Source: Azolla caroliniana | Taxonomy: Eukaryota; Plantae; Polypodiophyta | Assembly (NCBI GenBank): GCA_043228905.1 | Contig: JBHGNT010000001.1 | Coordinates: 21,948,001 to 22,012,000, forward strand | Direction: 5' to 3' | Length of the DNA stretch: 64,000 nucleotides | Part shown: piece by piece, positions 11,030-22,557 of the stretch | How positions within the stretch are numbered: the stretch's first letter is position 1 | Layout of the letters: every line of letters begins with the position of its first letter | Translations under genes and position numbers: made by a program | The notes under the pieces: model-generated | What the model saw: the letters and a program-made list of their open reading frames with translations, nothing else | The model's database searches: none | What the model was told of the DNA's origin: nothing

Positions 11030-13217
11030 GAGGATTCGCCTCCGAGACTATCTCGATTCCTTTCATGATTGGCTCGCACTGTTAGGAATTGGACCGATCT
11101 TTGGTTGTCAAGACTCTTTATTCGTGCGAAGGCTGCTCCATTATCGAACACTTTGGTCTCCATCTGAGATGATGTGATATAAGGTTGCCCTAGCATGACA
11201 GGATGCAACGCCGATTCTTGTACGAAGAAGTGTTGATCCATCTCCACATCCCCGATCGTGACTTCGACATTGGGACAAGCTCCATACAAGTCCTCTGTAG
11301 ACTTTGTTGCCGCGCGAATCTTCCATCCGTGGTTTGTATTGATTGGCCATCTTCCCTTTTTGTAGAAGTCGGTTGACATGAGGTTGATCTCCGAGCCGTG
11401 GTCGATCAAGGCTACCACGGTCTCTTTCTTCTCCCCGATCTTCACCGGCGTCTCCGTTGTCGCTCGTGCCCAATGAGGTCGAGTGTAGTGGCTGTCCACC
11501 ATATCTTCATCGATTTCGTCTCTTGCCATCGTTATGGCATTCGTTTTTGCTTTCTGCAGCTTCTCTTCTTCCTCGTCCGATTGTTGTCTCTTTCTCTTAA
11601 CAAGGTCCACGATCGTGTCATGGAACTCCTTCTTCGTAATGCCAAGCAATTCCCTCAAGGACAAAGTTACGTGGCTATCAAGAACTCGTTCTTCGAGAAT
11701 CTTCTTTAGGTCCGTCGTCTGCTCTATGTCCGACCTTAGCTTATAGGTAGGTATGGTCCTTGTCCTCCGAGTGGGGTCTTCGACACCAACCTTCACGGGC
11801 CGAACCGTTTCTTCAACTTGTATGCTCGGCTCCCCTTTTCGGCTTGATTCTCGTTCCTCCGTTTGTAAAGGTCGACTCGTCTCCGCATCGTCCTTCTTTT
11901 TCGCGTTCCTTGTTTCATGTCTTTTTGATGGCCCTTGCTCTTCTATTCTCTTTCTCTTTTCTTTGACGAACACCTCGTGGTTGTCGCACATCACCTCTGC
12001 GAGTATGGTGTTGTCGTCCACCGGATCCGACCACCCAGTTATGCTTTGCACGTTTCGGTCCGCAAGCTCTACCTCGTTCGATGTGACTTTTCCCTTCTTC
12101 TCATATTCGAGAACGGAAGTCCAAAACTTTGCTCCCGCTCTAGCAGCTTCAGTCTTGTCTTTCTCGACTCTTATTCCGGCCGACGCAGCATAGTGCATCG
12201 CATCCACATGAGTCGCATCGGCATCCTCCATAGATTTCTTCATTCCTCCTCTTCCGAAATTCACCCGTAGGGGTCTTCTAGTCTCGCTTGAGCAGATCAT
12301 GTTGTCCTCTATGTATACGATATTTTGTCGAATCGCCTCTCGAAGGCTCGCACAATCCCTTCTCATGTGGTCCATGCTATCGCACCACACGCATCTAAAG
12401 GGTTCTTTTCCTTTAGGGCCCCGACGATTCATGTTGGCTAGAGTGACCTTCTCGAACTTCTTCGCTAGCTCTTCAATGATGTCGTCATCAATCTTCTTTT
12501 CTTCCACGTTACTTTGTCTTGGCGGCTCAGCTACTTTCGGCGGTCTTGCTTTCTCCGTGGTAGTCGGTCCCGTCAAGTCGGTGTCATCAACCCATTGGCG
12601 ATGCTTGTCGAGCCTATTGCATGCCCGCTTCACCGCGATCCAGTCCGCTACAAGCCCATTTGCTTGGGTATCATCTTCGAGAAGAGTCCCCAACTCCCGT
12701 CTATCCTTTATGTCCACGGCCTTCAAGAAGTACAAAGTCTTGTCCTCTTCAAGCAACACTTGGTCCGTATTGGGGAGACGACTAAACATCTGGTCGAATT
12801 CGTCGTACACCCTCAAGACGCTCATCTTCTTATTCTTCTTCTCTATCCACTTCATCAAGGCATGTCGAGTCATCCTCGTTGAGTCTTCAGTCACGAACTC
12901 CGCTAGTATCGTTTTCTCGAACTCGGACCATGTTGTCTTTCCTTCTTGAAGCTCGATGACGCGTCTTTGGATGTTGTTGGCGACAACTCTCTTGAAGCTT
13001 GCGATTTGACGTGCCTTGGACACGTCCCTTTGATTCATCTCCCTCTTATATGCATCAAGGAACTTCGTAACGTTCCTTCCATCGAATTGGCCCTCGAGCT
13101 CTACGACACGATCGACAACCTTCTCCACGCTCGCGTCGTTGTCCCGAGTCTCATCATTTGCTCGACGATTAGCATCATCCTTTCGAGCTCTCCTGCTTGG
13201 TTGCTTGAGGACGCCAT
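11020..13217 (-). CDS. gag: G2 gag-protease ORF (frameshift near the N-terminus)
   Basis: 702-aa ORF with zinc knuckle CVWCDSMDHMRRDC, protease ALIDHGSE and MLGQPY. The probable ATG at 13217 is out of frame. Confidence 0.88.
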
Positions 13218-14329
13218 CTCCAAGTATTAATCTCGACTTGATCCTTCCTACCGCCTCTTTTACGTCGGGTTCACCACTTAATTCTGTCGTGAAGATCCGT
13301 CACTACGCGCGGATCGTGAGGCGGAACCGCCGGGGTTCTGGACCAGAAGGATTTAGAGTCGATACAAGCTTTGGCGAGAAAGTACTTAAGATAGATTGGG
13401 AAAGAGAGAAGTTGAGATTAAACGATTGATTTGATAACGAATTCCTTCCTCTTAATTTTCATAAAAAAAACCCCGTGTTTTTTCTCCTCCCCCTTCCCTC
13501 TTTTATAGATGCTCTCATGCATATGATGCATGTGAGGGTACAAGACATGCATAAATTGCATGTTTGCCATTTGGCGCTTAAGTATTACATGTGGTGCATG
13601 CTAACCATGTCACTCATTTTAGCTCTCATGTATGAGAATTTACATGTAAAAGTACAATGATAGATATATAATTTTAACTAAATACAATGGCTTAATGGTA
13701 AGCCATTTGACTCCTAACTTGGAGGTGCAAGGTTCGAATCCTTACTTGCCCTCCTTGTATATGTAAATATGTATATATATTTATATATTTATTTTATCTA
13801 GTCGCCGGACGCCGGTTCGCCGGATGCCACCGCCGGATGCCGGTGCCGCCGCCGGATGTCGTCGGTTACCGGTGCCTCGCCGGATACCGGTGCCGCATGC
13901 CGCCGCCGGATTGCCGTCGGATGCCGTCGGATCACCGGCTCCATCGCCGGTCCGGTTTTGGTTGGCCAAAACCCTTTACGAGTAGCTAGCCACCTCCACT
14001 CTTAGTTCAAGTTACCTTGAACTCTCTATGCTCCACACATAGACACAAAGATAATATCTTTGGCTCCACCTTATATATGATGAGAGCCGTATTTGTCGTG
14101 CCTATGTGGGGTATCTCACAATTTTCTCTTTTCTTTTCACAAACTTTATACCCTCATATCTTGACATTTAGTTGTCCATTTCTCGTCTAATAAAGTGCAT
14201 TCGAAACCTCCATCATTTTGTACTTAGATATTAAAAATGTTATCTTCACAATTATCGTATTACGTGATTCATACTCGATTTCGTACGTTTTATGGGATTT
14301 TCACACTATTGCCGAAAATCTTCACGACA

Positions 14330-16077
14330 GCGCCAAACCGAATTGCATATTGGTTGCAATCTTCATCTTCTTGGTTGATAACCCATCCAATTCCGATTGG
14401 ACTAGTATCCACAGTCACGAAAATGGGCTTGCCGTATGAATAGTCCGTTTTCCATAATGCAGGTGCCTCCATCAATAATTTCTTCAGCCTTCGGATGGCG
14501 ATTGTATGCTCGCTCGTCCATTCGAACATCCGCTTCTTCTTTAGTAGACCATATAATGGCTCAGCAATGTGGGCGTAGTGTGGAATCCAAATATGATAAA
14601 ACGCGCATGCTCCAAGGAATCTTCGAACCTCCGTTTGGGTTACACATTCTTGTTTCATGTCTTGGATTGCATTCACCTTGGATGGCGAAGGCTTCCGACC
14701 GTATGCTCCACACAAGTGACCTACCACCAGGATCTTCAGTTGCCCAAATGCGGATATTTCTCCCGAAAATGTCAAATTCGCATCTTCGAGCCTTTAGAGC
14801 ACCTTCTCGCAATCTTTCATATGATCCATGACGAACTTTCTACATCCATCCTTATCTTTTGATTCATCCTTCTCTTCATCCGAACATCCTTTTATCGGAA
14901 TATCATCTAAGAATGGCATCGTGATATCCGGGATGCAATCCTTCAAGACCTTGTTCATGGCATTCACCATATGAGCCACCGAGTTCGTTGCGCCTTGAGG
15001 TAAGGTTCACATCCGCACCAACCCGATTGGAGTTCTCATGGTTGTAATGTCACGACTGTTGACCGCCAACTGGAATTGATCGTAGCCAGAGTAAAGATCG
15101 CCGATGGAGTAGATGGACCGGCCCGCAAACACCTCGGCAAATTCATCCACACTCGGACCGATTCCAGCATTCCGAATTGTCACCTTGTTGACGGGTTGAA
15201 GATCTTGAATGAATCGTAACGATCCATTCTTCTTTGGCACCGTGAACCACCTATTAGAATAAGGAGCATTTGACGGTTCTAGAATTCCCATCCTCACCTT
15301 CTCCTTTAAGAGCTCGATCAGCTTCGGTAGGTGTGCTCTCGGAACCGGTATCGGTTTCAAATTCCAAGGCACATGCGGCACCGTGAAGATCACCATCGGT
15401 TCTACCGTCCTTGGATTAGCACACCCGATTTCTTGTGGGAAAAACGCGAAAGCCTTCCCATGTCTTTCAATCATTCCACGAAACATTCGCTCCTCTTCAG
15501 GGAGGAGGAAATCCTCCCTTCCAACTCGTAGCTTTCCCTTCGTCTCTTCAGTGAAGACGTGACCAATTGTATTTGGGTTCCTTAAGCTTGGATCTTTTGC
15601 AACTTCCTTCATCTTTTGCTAGCTATCTTCCGGTAGCGGAACTGCAACTGGCTTGATCTTCCTATCCACGGTTTTATATTTTGTGTTGACTTCGACTTCC
15701 TCTATCAAGATGCCTCGATGATATTCATCGATGATAGTATACATGTTGACGGAGTTAACCGAAATCACATGTTGATGGTGAGGATAGCTCAAATCCACGA
15801 CTTCCTCGATTTCGCCGATGGTGTCGTTAAATGAGGCTTCCTCCAGAATATATGATACGAATTCTTCTTCTTCGATTATGATTTCTTCTTTTAGCACCTC
15901 CTCGAAGTCTTGTATCTGACACTTTTCCTTCTTGTTGAGTAGTCTAAGTTTGCATGCGTCGCCAGGTGTGACGCATGTTGCTTCTCCTTGAAATCCACGC
16001 ACTTTGCTTCCTTGTGGGGACTTATGATTGCTCGGACTATTTGTGCTCCATGCTTCAATAGTCTGCTTTAAAAATCC
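14330..16077 (-). pseudogene. pol: G1 pol 5' part: linker, RT, RNase H N-terminus
   Basis: PYSNRWFTVPKKNGSLRFIQDLQ, MPFLDD, VRRFLGAC, VDTSPIGIG, with in-frame stops. Confidence 0.9.
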
Positions 16078-18098
16078 AAGGATTCGCCTCCAAGGCTATC
16101 TCGGTTCCTTTCATGATTAGCTCGAACCGTTAGGAATTGAACGGATCTTTTACTATCAAGACTCTTGACGCGCGCAAAGGCTGCTCCATTATCGAACACC
16201 TTGGTCTCCATCCGGGACGATGTTATATATGGTTGTCCTAGGATGACGGGATGTGAAGCCGAGTCTTGCACGAAGAAGTGTTGATCAATCTCTACATCCC
16301 TGATCGTGACTTTAACGGTCTCTTTCTTCTCCCCGATCTTCACCGGTGTCTCCGTTGTCGCTCTTGCCCAATGAGTCCGCGAGTAATGGCTATCCGCCAC
16401 TACTTCTTCTTCTTCCTCCTCTTCCGATCTTGCCATGGTTATGGCACTTGTTTTCACCTCCTCTTCATCAGATTGTTGCCGCTTCCTTTTAATAAGGTCC
16501 ACGATAGTATCATGGAACTCCTTCTTCGCGATCCCAAGTAGCTCTCTCAAGGTAAGGTCGACATGACTATCTAAAACCTTCTCCTCAAGGACCTTCCGCA
16601 AGTTAGTTGTTTGTTCTATATCCGACCTTAGCTTGTAAGTCGGTGCCGCTCGTTCTTTTCCTTTGTTCGTTGATTCTTCGACTTCCATCCGAGCAGGTTG
16701 GCTCGATCCACCGGGCTTCATGTTTGTTTCACCAATCTCTTTTCTTGGGATAGGTTGGGGTGGCCCTTCTTTCCCTCCGTTCCTCGTGTTAGGTCGCTTT
16801 GATGTGCCATCTTTTTCACCGGTTCTCTTCCTCTTCTCTTCGACAAGGGCTTCATAGGTGTCACACACAACCTCCGCAAAGCTTGTGTTTTCGTCAATTG
16901 GATCTGACCATCCGGTTGCTCGTCGCACGTTTCGGTCAGCAAGTTTTAGATCCTCCGAATTGATTTTGCCTTTTTCTTCGCACTCGAAGACCGTTGGCCA
17001 AAACCCAGCTCCTGGCTTGATCATTTTAAGATTCTCTTTTCCAACTCGTATCCCAGCCGAAGCGGCATAGTGCATAGCCTCCACATGCCTTGCATCTTCT
17101 TCTTCTACAATCTTTTTCAGCCCACCTCTTCCGAAGTTCACTCGTAGTGGCTTCCGGGTCTCGCTTGAGTGAATCATGTTGCCGTCCAAATAGACGACAT
17201 TCTTGCGGATTGCATCTTGCAAGTCAGCACATTCCCTTCGTGAGTGTTCAAAGCTATTGCACCACACACATCTATACGCTTCTTTTCCCTTGGGCCCGCG
17301 CCGACCTAAGTTGGCTAGCGATACCGCTTCAAACTTCTTGGAGAGCTCTTCGATTATAGACTCCTCCATTTCTTTCTTGTCGAAACTGTTGATCGGCTTA
17401 CTAGGCTCAATCATCGTAGGTGCCTTCTTCCACAATTGTGGATTCTCGACCTCAGCTTCCTCTTGCCATTGTCACCGCTTATCAAAACGGCTGCAAGCCT
17501 TCTTCACCGCCGCCCAATCCGCTACCAAACCATTTGGTTGTGTTTCATCCTCCAAGAAACTACCCAATTCTCGTCGATCTTTCGCATCCATTGCCTTTAG
17601 GAATAGTAAGACTTTATCTCCGTCGAGAACTCGTTGCTCGACACTCGGAAGTCGGTTGTACTTCTGGTCGAATTCGGCATAAATTCCCGATGCACACAAA
17701 TTCTTCCCTTTCTTCTCGATCCAATTCATTAATGTATGCCAAGTCATCCGCGATGCGTCTTCAAGCATGTATTCAGTGAGAAGAGCCCTTTCGAACTCCG
17801 CCAAGGTTGCATGCTCATTTTGGATCTCCATCACGCACTCACGGATCCCGGGTTCTACCACACGCTTAAAGCTTGAAATTTGTTTTGGATCATGGACATC
17901 TCTTTGTTGCATCTCATTCCGGTACGTAGCAGGGAAATTTGTGATGTTCTTCCCACCGAATCTTCCAACTGTCTCCACAGTTCGGTCAACAGCTTTGTCG
18001 ACTAAAGCCTCCCGATCTCTCTCTTTCAGAATGAATTCGACGACGGACACCATGCCTTTCGTCAATTCTTCTCCTTGAGTTCCACTTGTCGAAGCCAT
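16068..18098 (-). pseudogene. gag: G1 gag-protease; one stop and a ~150-bp in-frame deletion removing the protease active site
   Basis: 208-aa and 455-aa ORFs in one frame; CVWCNSFEHSRREC; the KKETV|KVTI junction lacks the segment containing ALIDHGSE that is present in G2. Confidence 0.85.
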
Positions 18099-18129
18099 CT
18101 TCGTACTTGATATCCTCCTACTGCCTCAT

Positions 18130-18147
18130 TTCACGTCGGGTTCACCA
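18130..18147 (-). promoter_or_regulatory. Primer-binding site complementary to the tRNA-Trp 3' end
   Basis: TGGTGAACCCGACGTGAA is the reverse complement of the plant tRNA-Trp end TTCACGTCGGGTTCACCA; the same site occurs at 13259-13276 and 48980-48997. Confidence 0.85.
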
Positions 18148-20743
18148 AAGATGTCACGAAAATACGACGAGGATACGTGAACGTTGAGGCAAGACCCCGG
18201 GGCCTTTGTCTAGAGGATATCAAATTCGTGTATTTATGTACTAAGAATTAACCGAAATGAGAAAGATTAACAAATTTCATTAAGAAAAGGGAAAGAAAGA
18301 TTACAATCAATCCCAAGATTGGGATTACAAAAGTTTTATCTTATGGAGATGATTAGAATAATAGATTAGAGGAAATAAGAGATTATGATTCTTGAGTGAT
18401 ATGGCTTTGACAAGGAATTTTGGATTTTGAGAGATTGCTTCCGTATAGAAATTATGGTTTACTTGAGAGATAGCTTCCGTAGGGAAGATTAGGGTTCTTG
18501 GCTTCGATAAGATAAGAGAGCTCCCAAAGAAAAGAAAAAAAATTTAGATAATATGGAGAGTGATTTTGCTTGCCGGCCGGTTCTGGTTTGCTTGCCGGTT
18601 CAGGTTCCGATTTGCTTGTCGGTTCCGGTTCCAGTTTTGCTTGCCGACCGGTTCCGGTTTGCTTGCCGGTTGCGGTTGTGGTTTTGCTTGCTGGCCGGTT
18701 CCCGATTTGCATACCCGTTCCGGTTCTGGTTTTGCTTGCCGGCCGGTTCCGGTTCCGATTTGCTTGCCGGCCAGTTTCCAGATTGCATAACGGCCGATTT
18801 CCGGATTTGCTTACCGGCCGGTTTCCGGTTTTAGGGAATTTGGCCACCATCATCCATTAAGACAAAGTGGCCAAAGTGCTCTTAGCACAAATGAAAAATG
18901 AGGGAGCTCAAGGTGTTTATATAGCCAGGGCCTTAACTTTCCTATCTATGTGGGATAATTCTAATTTCTCTATCTAATCAAACTTCATTTTCTCATAACT
19001 TGATATGTATTTCTCCATTTTGTATATAGTAAAATACATTTTGAAGCTCTTGAGTATATCCATCTTTCTATAGTAAGCTACTAATCTAATCTATAATAAT
19101 TATTTCATTATTTTTTTACATAGTGTGTGAAGATTCACACGACAACGCACGGGAGAGAGAGAGAGAGAGAGAGTAAAACACAAGAACTTAATTCAAAAAT
19201 AATACTTGATCTGTAAATCATGTGTGTTCAATGGACACTTTTATACAAGTCCTTTTCGGACTGACAGAAGTACTGATAGTACCTCAATGCTCATTGAGGA
19301 GCCCCTACACTAACTCCCAAATATATTCCTTGCGGAATATCTTTCCGATGGCCTCCCGGTTTCCGCACCGATCCGGCCTTCCTACACACCGGTTTGCGTA
19401 CCAGTTTCCAACGGATCCGGTGCTCAGCTTGCTCAGCCGATCCGGCCGATGTTGAGCTTGTCTCTCAACAACCTCCAAGATCAAAGAAATCTTCGACGCT
19501 TTTGCCTCTGTCAACGTGAACGTCGAGGAAGATGAAATGGTGCAGGTTTGTCTTGGTGGGTTAGCGTCAAAGTTCAGAGTGTTCCGAATGGCGGTCTGTA
19601 TGAGGGAGAATACGCCTTCGTTTTTCGAGCTTCAGTCAATGTTGCTCGTAGAGGAAAATCATGTGGGTGCATTGACGAGTACGCACGCCCACTAGAAGAT
19701 GCTATACACGGAGGGAGATAGGCCCCATGGTCGTGGCGGACAAGGCGGATTGGCGCATAATGGAGTCAGCCGAAAAAGAGCAGAATCGATGGCATAATCG
19801 AAATGCCGAAAGCAATTCTGAACCCTCCGGAAGCAGGGGGAGTGATAGAGGTGTTGGAAGCCGGCAAGATAAGGCCGCAACGGAATGTTGGTACGGTGGA
19901 AAGAAAGGCCACAAGAAAAGCGAGTGCTGGTAGAAACAAGCCGATTCGGACAAAGCCGGACCGAGTGGGAGAGACGCAGGAAGGCGTCAAAAGTTGCACT
20001 ACGATGAGGACTCCGAACGAGTTGGAAATGGATCGGGCCCTGCCTTCATAATGAAACAGAAGGCCAATTCAATGGCCGTGAACACCTCAAAATCGAGCGA
20101 GGTGTGGTATGTTGATTTCGGAATGTTAAATCATATGACGAGTCACGAGGAATGGTTCTCGTACTTGGAGAAGCCGGAAAAGCAAGGGGTAGTCGAAATG
20201 GGAGATGACACCCTGCATACCATCGAACATGTCAGTGAAGTTCCCCTTAGCCATGTCAGGCAGAAAGGGAAACTCTTGAACGTGCTACACGTTCCGACAA
20301 TAACGAAGAACCTGGTGTCAGTTGGTCAGATCGTCAACCAAGGGATGCAGGTTCGATTCACGCATCTAGGGTGTTTCATAGAAGAGGAGGGCAAAGTAAT
20401 CGCGCAAGGGCACCGTGAAGGGAGGATGTGTATCCTTGAAGCCAACAATGTGGGCACCGCTATGTTTGTGAAAGGTCGAGTCGGACATTGACCTGTGGCA
20501 AAAGCGGTTCTGCCATATTAACTTCCTGCGCCTTCGTGAAATGCAGACGAAGAACATTGTGTTCGGCTTGCCAAAATTTCGAGGCCGGAATGGCCAAGTT
20601 TGCAAAGCCTGCCAAATGGGAAAATAACACCAAATTCCATTCCACTAGATTTGATCCATTCGGATGTGTGGGGTCCGGCACAGAATGCGAGCCTCGGTGG
20701 AAGCCGTTACTTTGTAACCTTCATCGACAACTTCACTTGGCAC

Positions 20744-21459
20744 ACGTGGGTATGCACGATCGTGAAGAAGAGCGAAGTTTTCACATGTTTCCTGAAGGTG
20801 AAGAGCCTTGCGGAAAGGGAAACGGGGTCCGATGGGGGGAAGGAGTACTTCTTCGACCAGTTCACAAGTTATCTACAGAAGGAGGGAATTCGACGCGAAT
20901 TCTCATGTAGATACATGCCGCAGCAAAACGGCATGCCTGAGCAGAAGAATTAGACAATCGAAGAAGCGTCCAGGGCAATGCTAAAGCATATGTCAAAATT
21001 GTATTGGGCTAAAGCCGTGAGGAGGACTGTCTACTTGCAGAATCAGACTTCTGCTAATGGAGGAGTGTCGCCACATGAATTGTATTTTGGGAAGAAGCCG
21101 AACGTGGGTATGCACGATCGTGAAGAAGAGCGAACTCTTCACATGTTTCCTGAAGGTGAAGAGCCTTGCGGAAAGGGAAACAGGGTCCGATGGGGGGAAG
21201 GAGTACTTCTTCGACCAGTTCACAAGTTATCTACAGAAGGAGGGAATTCGACGCGAATTCTCATGTAGATACATGCCGCAGCAAAACGGCATGCCTGAGC
21301 AGAAGAATTAGACAATCGAAGAAGCGTCCAGGGCAATGCTAAAGCATATGTCAAAATTGTATTGGGCTAAAGCCGTGAGGAGGACTGTCTACTTGCAGAA
21401 TCAGACTTCTGCTAATGGAGGAGTGTCGCCACATGAATTGTATTTTGGGAAGAAGCCGA
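20744..21459 (+). repeat. 358-bp direct tandem duplication in the element B integrase
   Basis: ACGTGGGTATGCACGATCG at 20744 and 21102; the two units are almost identical. Confidence 0.95.
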
Positions 21460-22557
21460 ACTTGGCACACTTGAAGGAAAAGAGGAGGAAGTTGGACGCC
21501 AAAGCCGAAAAGTGCATCTTAGTCGGCTATCCAGACGAGTAGAAGGGGTATAAGTGTTATCACCCCCGAACAAAGGAAGTGCGTGTAAGTCGAGATGTCG
21601 TGTTCGACGAGTCTGCTTCGTGGTACTTGCCTTCCCCTCCAGTACCTCATGACTCCATTCCAAATATTGAAGAAGAAGTTAGTGGGGCTGAGATGCCTCC
21701 GCATGATGAGGAAATCAAAGCTTTGAGAGAGAGTCCGATGTCATTTCGGCTAAGTGGGCTGAGTGAGGGGTTGGACCGAGATGGCCAACCTATTGAAGAA
21801 ACGACAAGTAGTGAAGACTCAACCATGATGTCCCCGTGTAAAGAACCGAGGAGATGGTTTACACGCAAGGAGAAGGGGAATAAAAAGATGTCAGAGTACG
21901 ACTTTGACAGTGCTCAATTAGATTGGAGCATATCTGACTTCGAGCCAATTCAGAAGGAACCTCCACGGAAGAGCTCGAAATCGGCTGAAAAGGACGTGAA
22001 ATCGGGGAACCACGAATTACACCGATCTACCCGCGAGAAGAACCCCGTAAAAAGATACGGGTACAATGAATACATGGCGTACCATTACGCGTAAATGACG
22101 CGAGTGGCGGAAGTGTGTGAGCCGGAGAGGTACGTAGAAGTGGCGAAAGACGCGAGCTGGCGTGCCGCGATGGAGGAAGAGATGCACACTTTGATTGATA
22201 ATGAGACTTGGGACCTGGTTGACGCACTAAAGGGTGTAAAGCCGATCGGATGTAGGTGGGTGTATAAAGTGAAATACAATACGGATGGCTCAGTCAATTG
22301 ATACAAGGGCCGTTTAGTTGTGAAAGGTTACATGCGGAAGCACAACGTGGACTACGACGAGACCTTTGCGCCTGTCGCGAAGATGACTACTGTGCGTGTT
22401 CTGCTAGCCGTAGTTGCGGCAAAGGGGTGGCACTTAGATTTGATGGATGTAAAGAACGCGTTCCTACAAGGTGATGTTGAGGAACAATTGTACATGGTCC
22501 AGCCCCCCGGATTTCTATCCGAACGAAACACTTCAGCACTTTGCTGACTAAAGAAGT

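Larger units (their letters stand above)
6461..14329 (-). mobile_element. Phygy-like Gypsy element G2 (inner, nearly intact); 3' LTR 6461-7462, 5' LTR 13285-14329
   Basis: TGTCGTGAAGAT...ATCTTCACGACA inverted termini. PBS 13276-13259. PPT 7463-7479. TSD GCGT/GCGC. Inserted in the G1 RNase H (RFGA|KVL). Confidence 0.95.
3411..19144 (-). mobile_element. Phygy-like Gypsy element G1 (outer); 3' LTR 3411-4681, 5' LTR 18152-19144
   Basis: Near-identical TGTC...GACA LTRs; the 5' LTR lacks ~300 bp and has one extra repeat unit. tRNA-Trp PBS 18147-18130. PPT at 4682-4698. 4-bp TSD ACGT/ACGC. Domain order gag-PR-RT-RH-IN. Confidence 0.92.
782..19470 (-). mobile_element. Bryco/RLC5-like Copia element A; 5' LTR split into 3324-3410 and 19145-19470 by a Gypsy insertion; 3' part lies outside the window
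   Basis: PBS TGGTATCAGAGC at 3323-3312. The LTR starts TGTTGAGAGACAAGCTCAACA at 19470 (minus). The two LTR halves rejoin across the Gypsy insertion and match the intact LTR of element E. The element sits in the gag of element B. Confidence 0.88.

Noticed and set aside
11141-13230. Antisense ORFs opposite gag/pol, here and throughout the window
   Set aside because: Shadow frames of coding sequence, not conserved between copies.
3411-19144. Outer G1 LTR pair looks less diverged (~7 substitutions by eye) than the nested, younger G2 pair (~10-14)
   Set aside because: The counts are too small to exclude chance, so gene conversion cannot be claimed.
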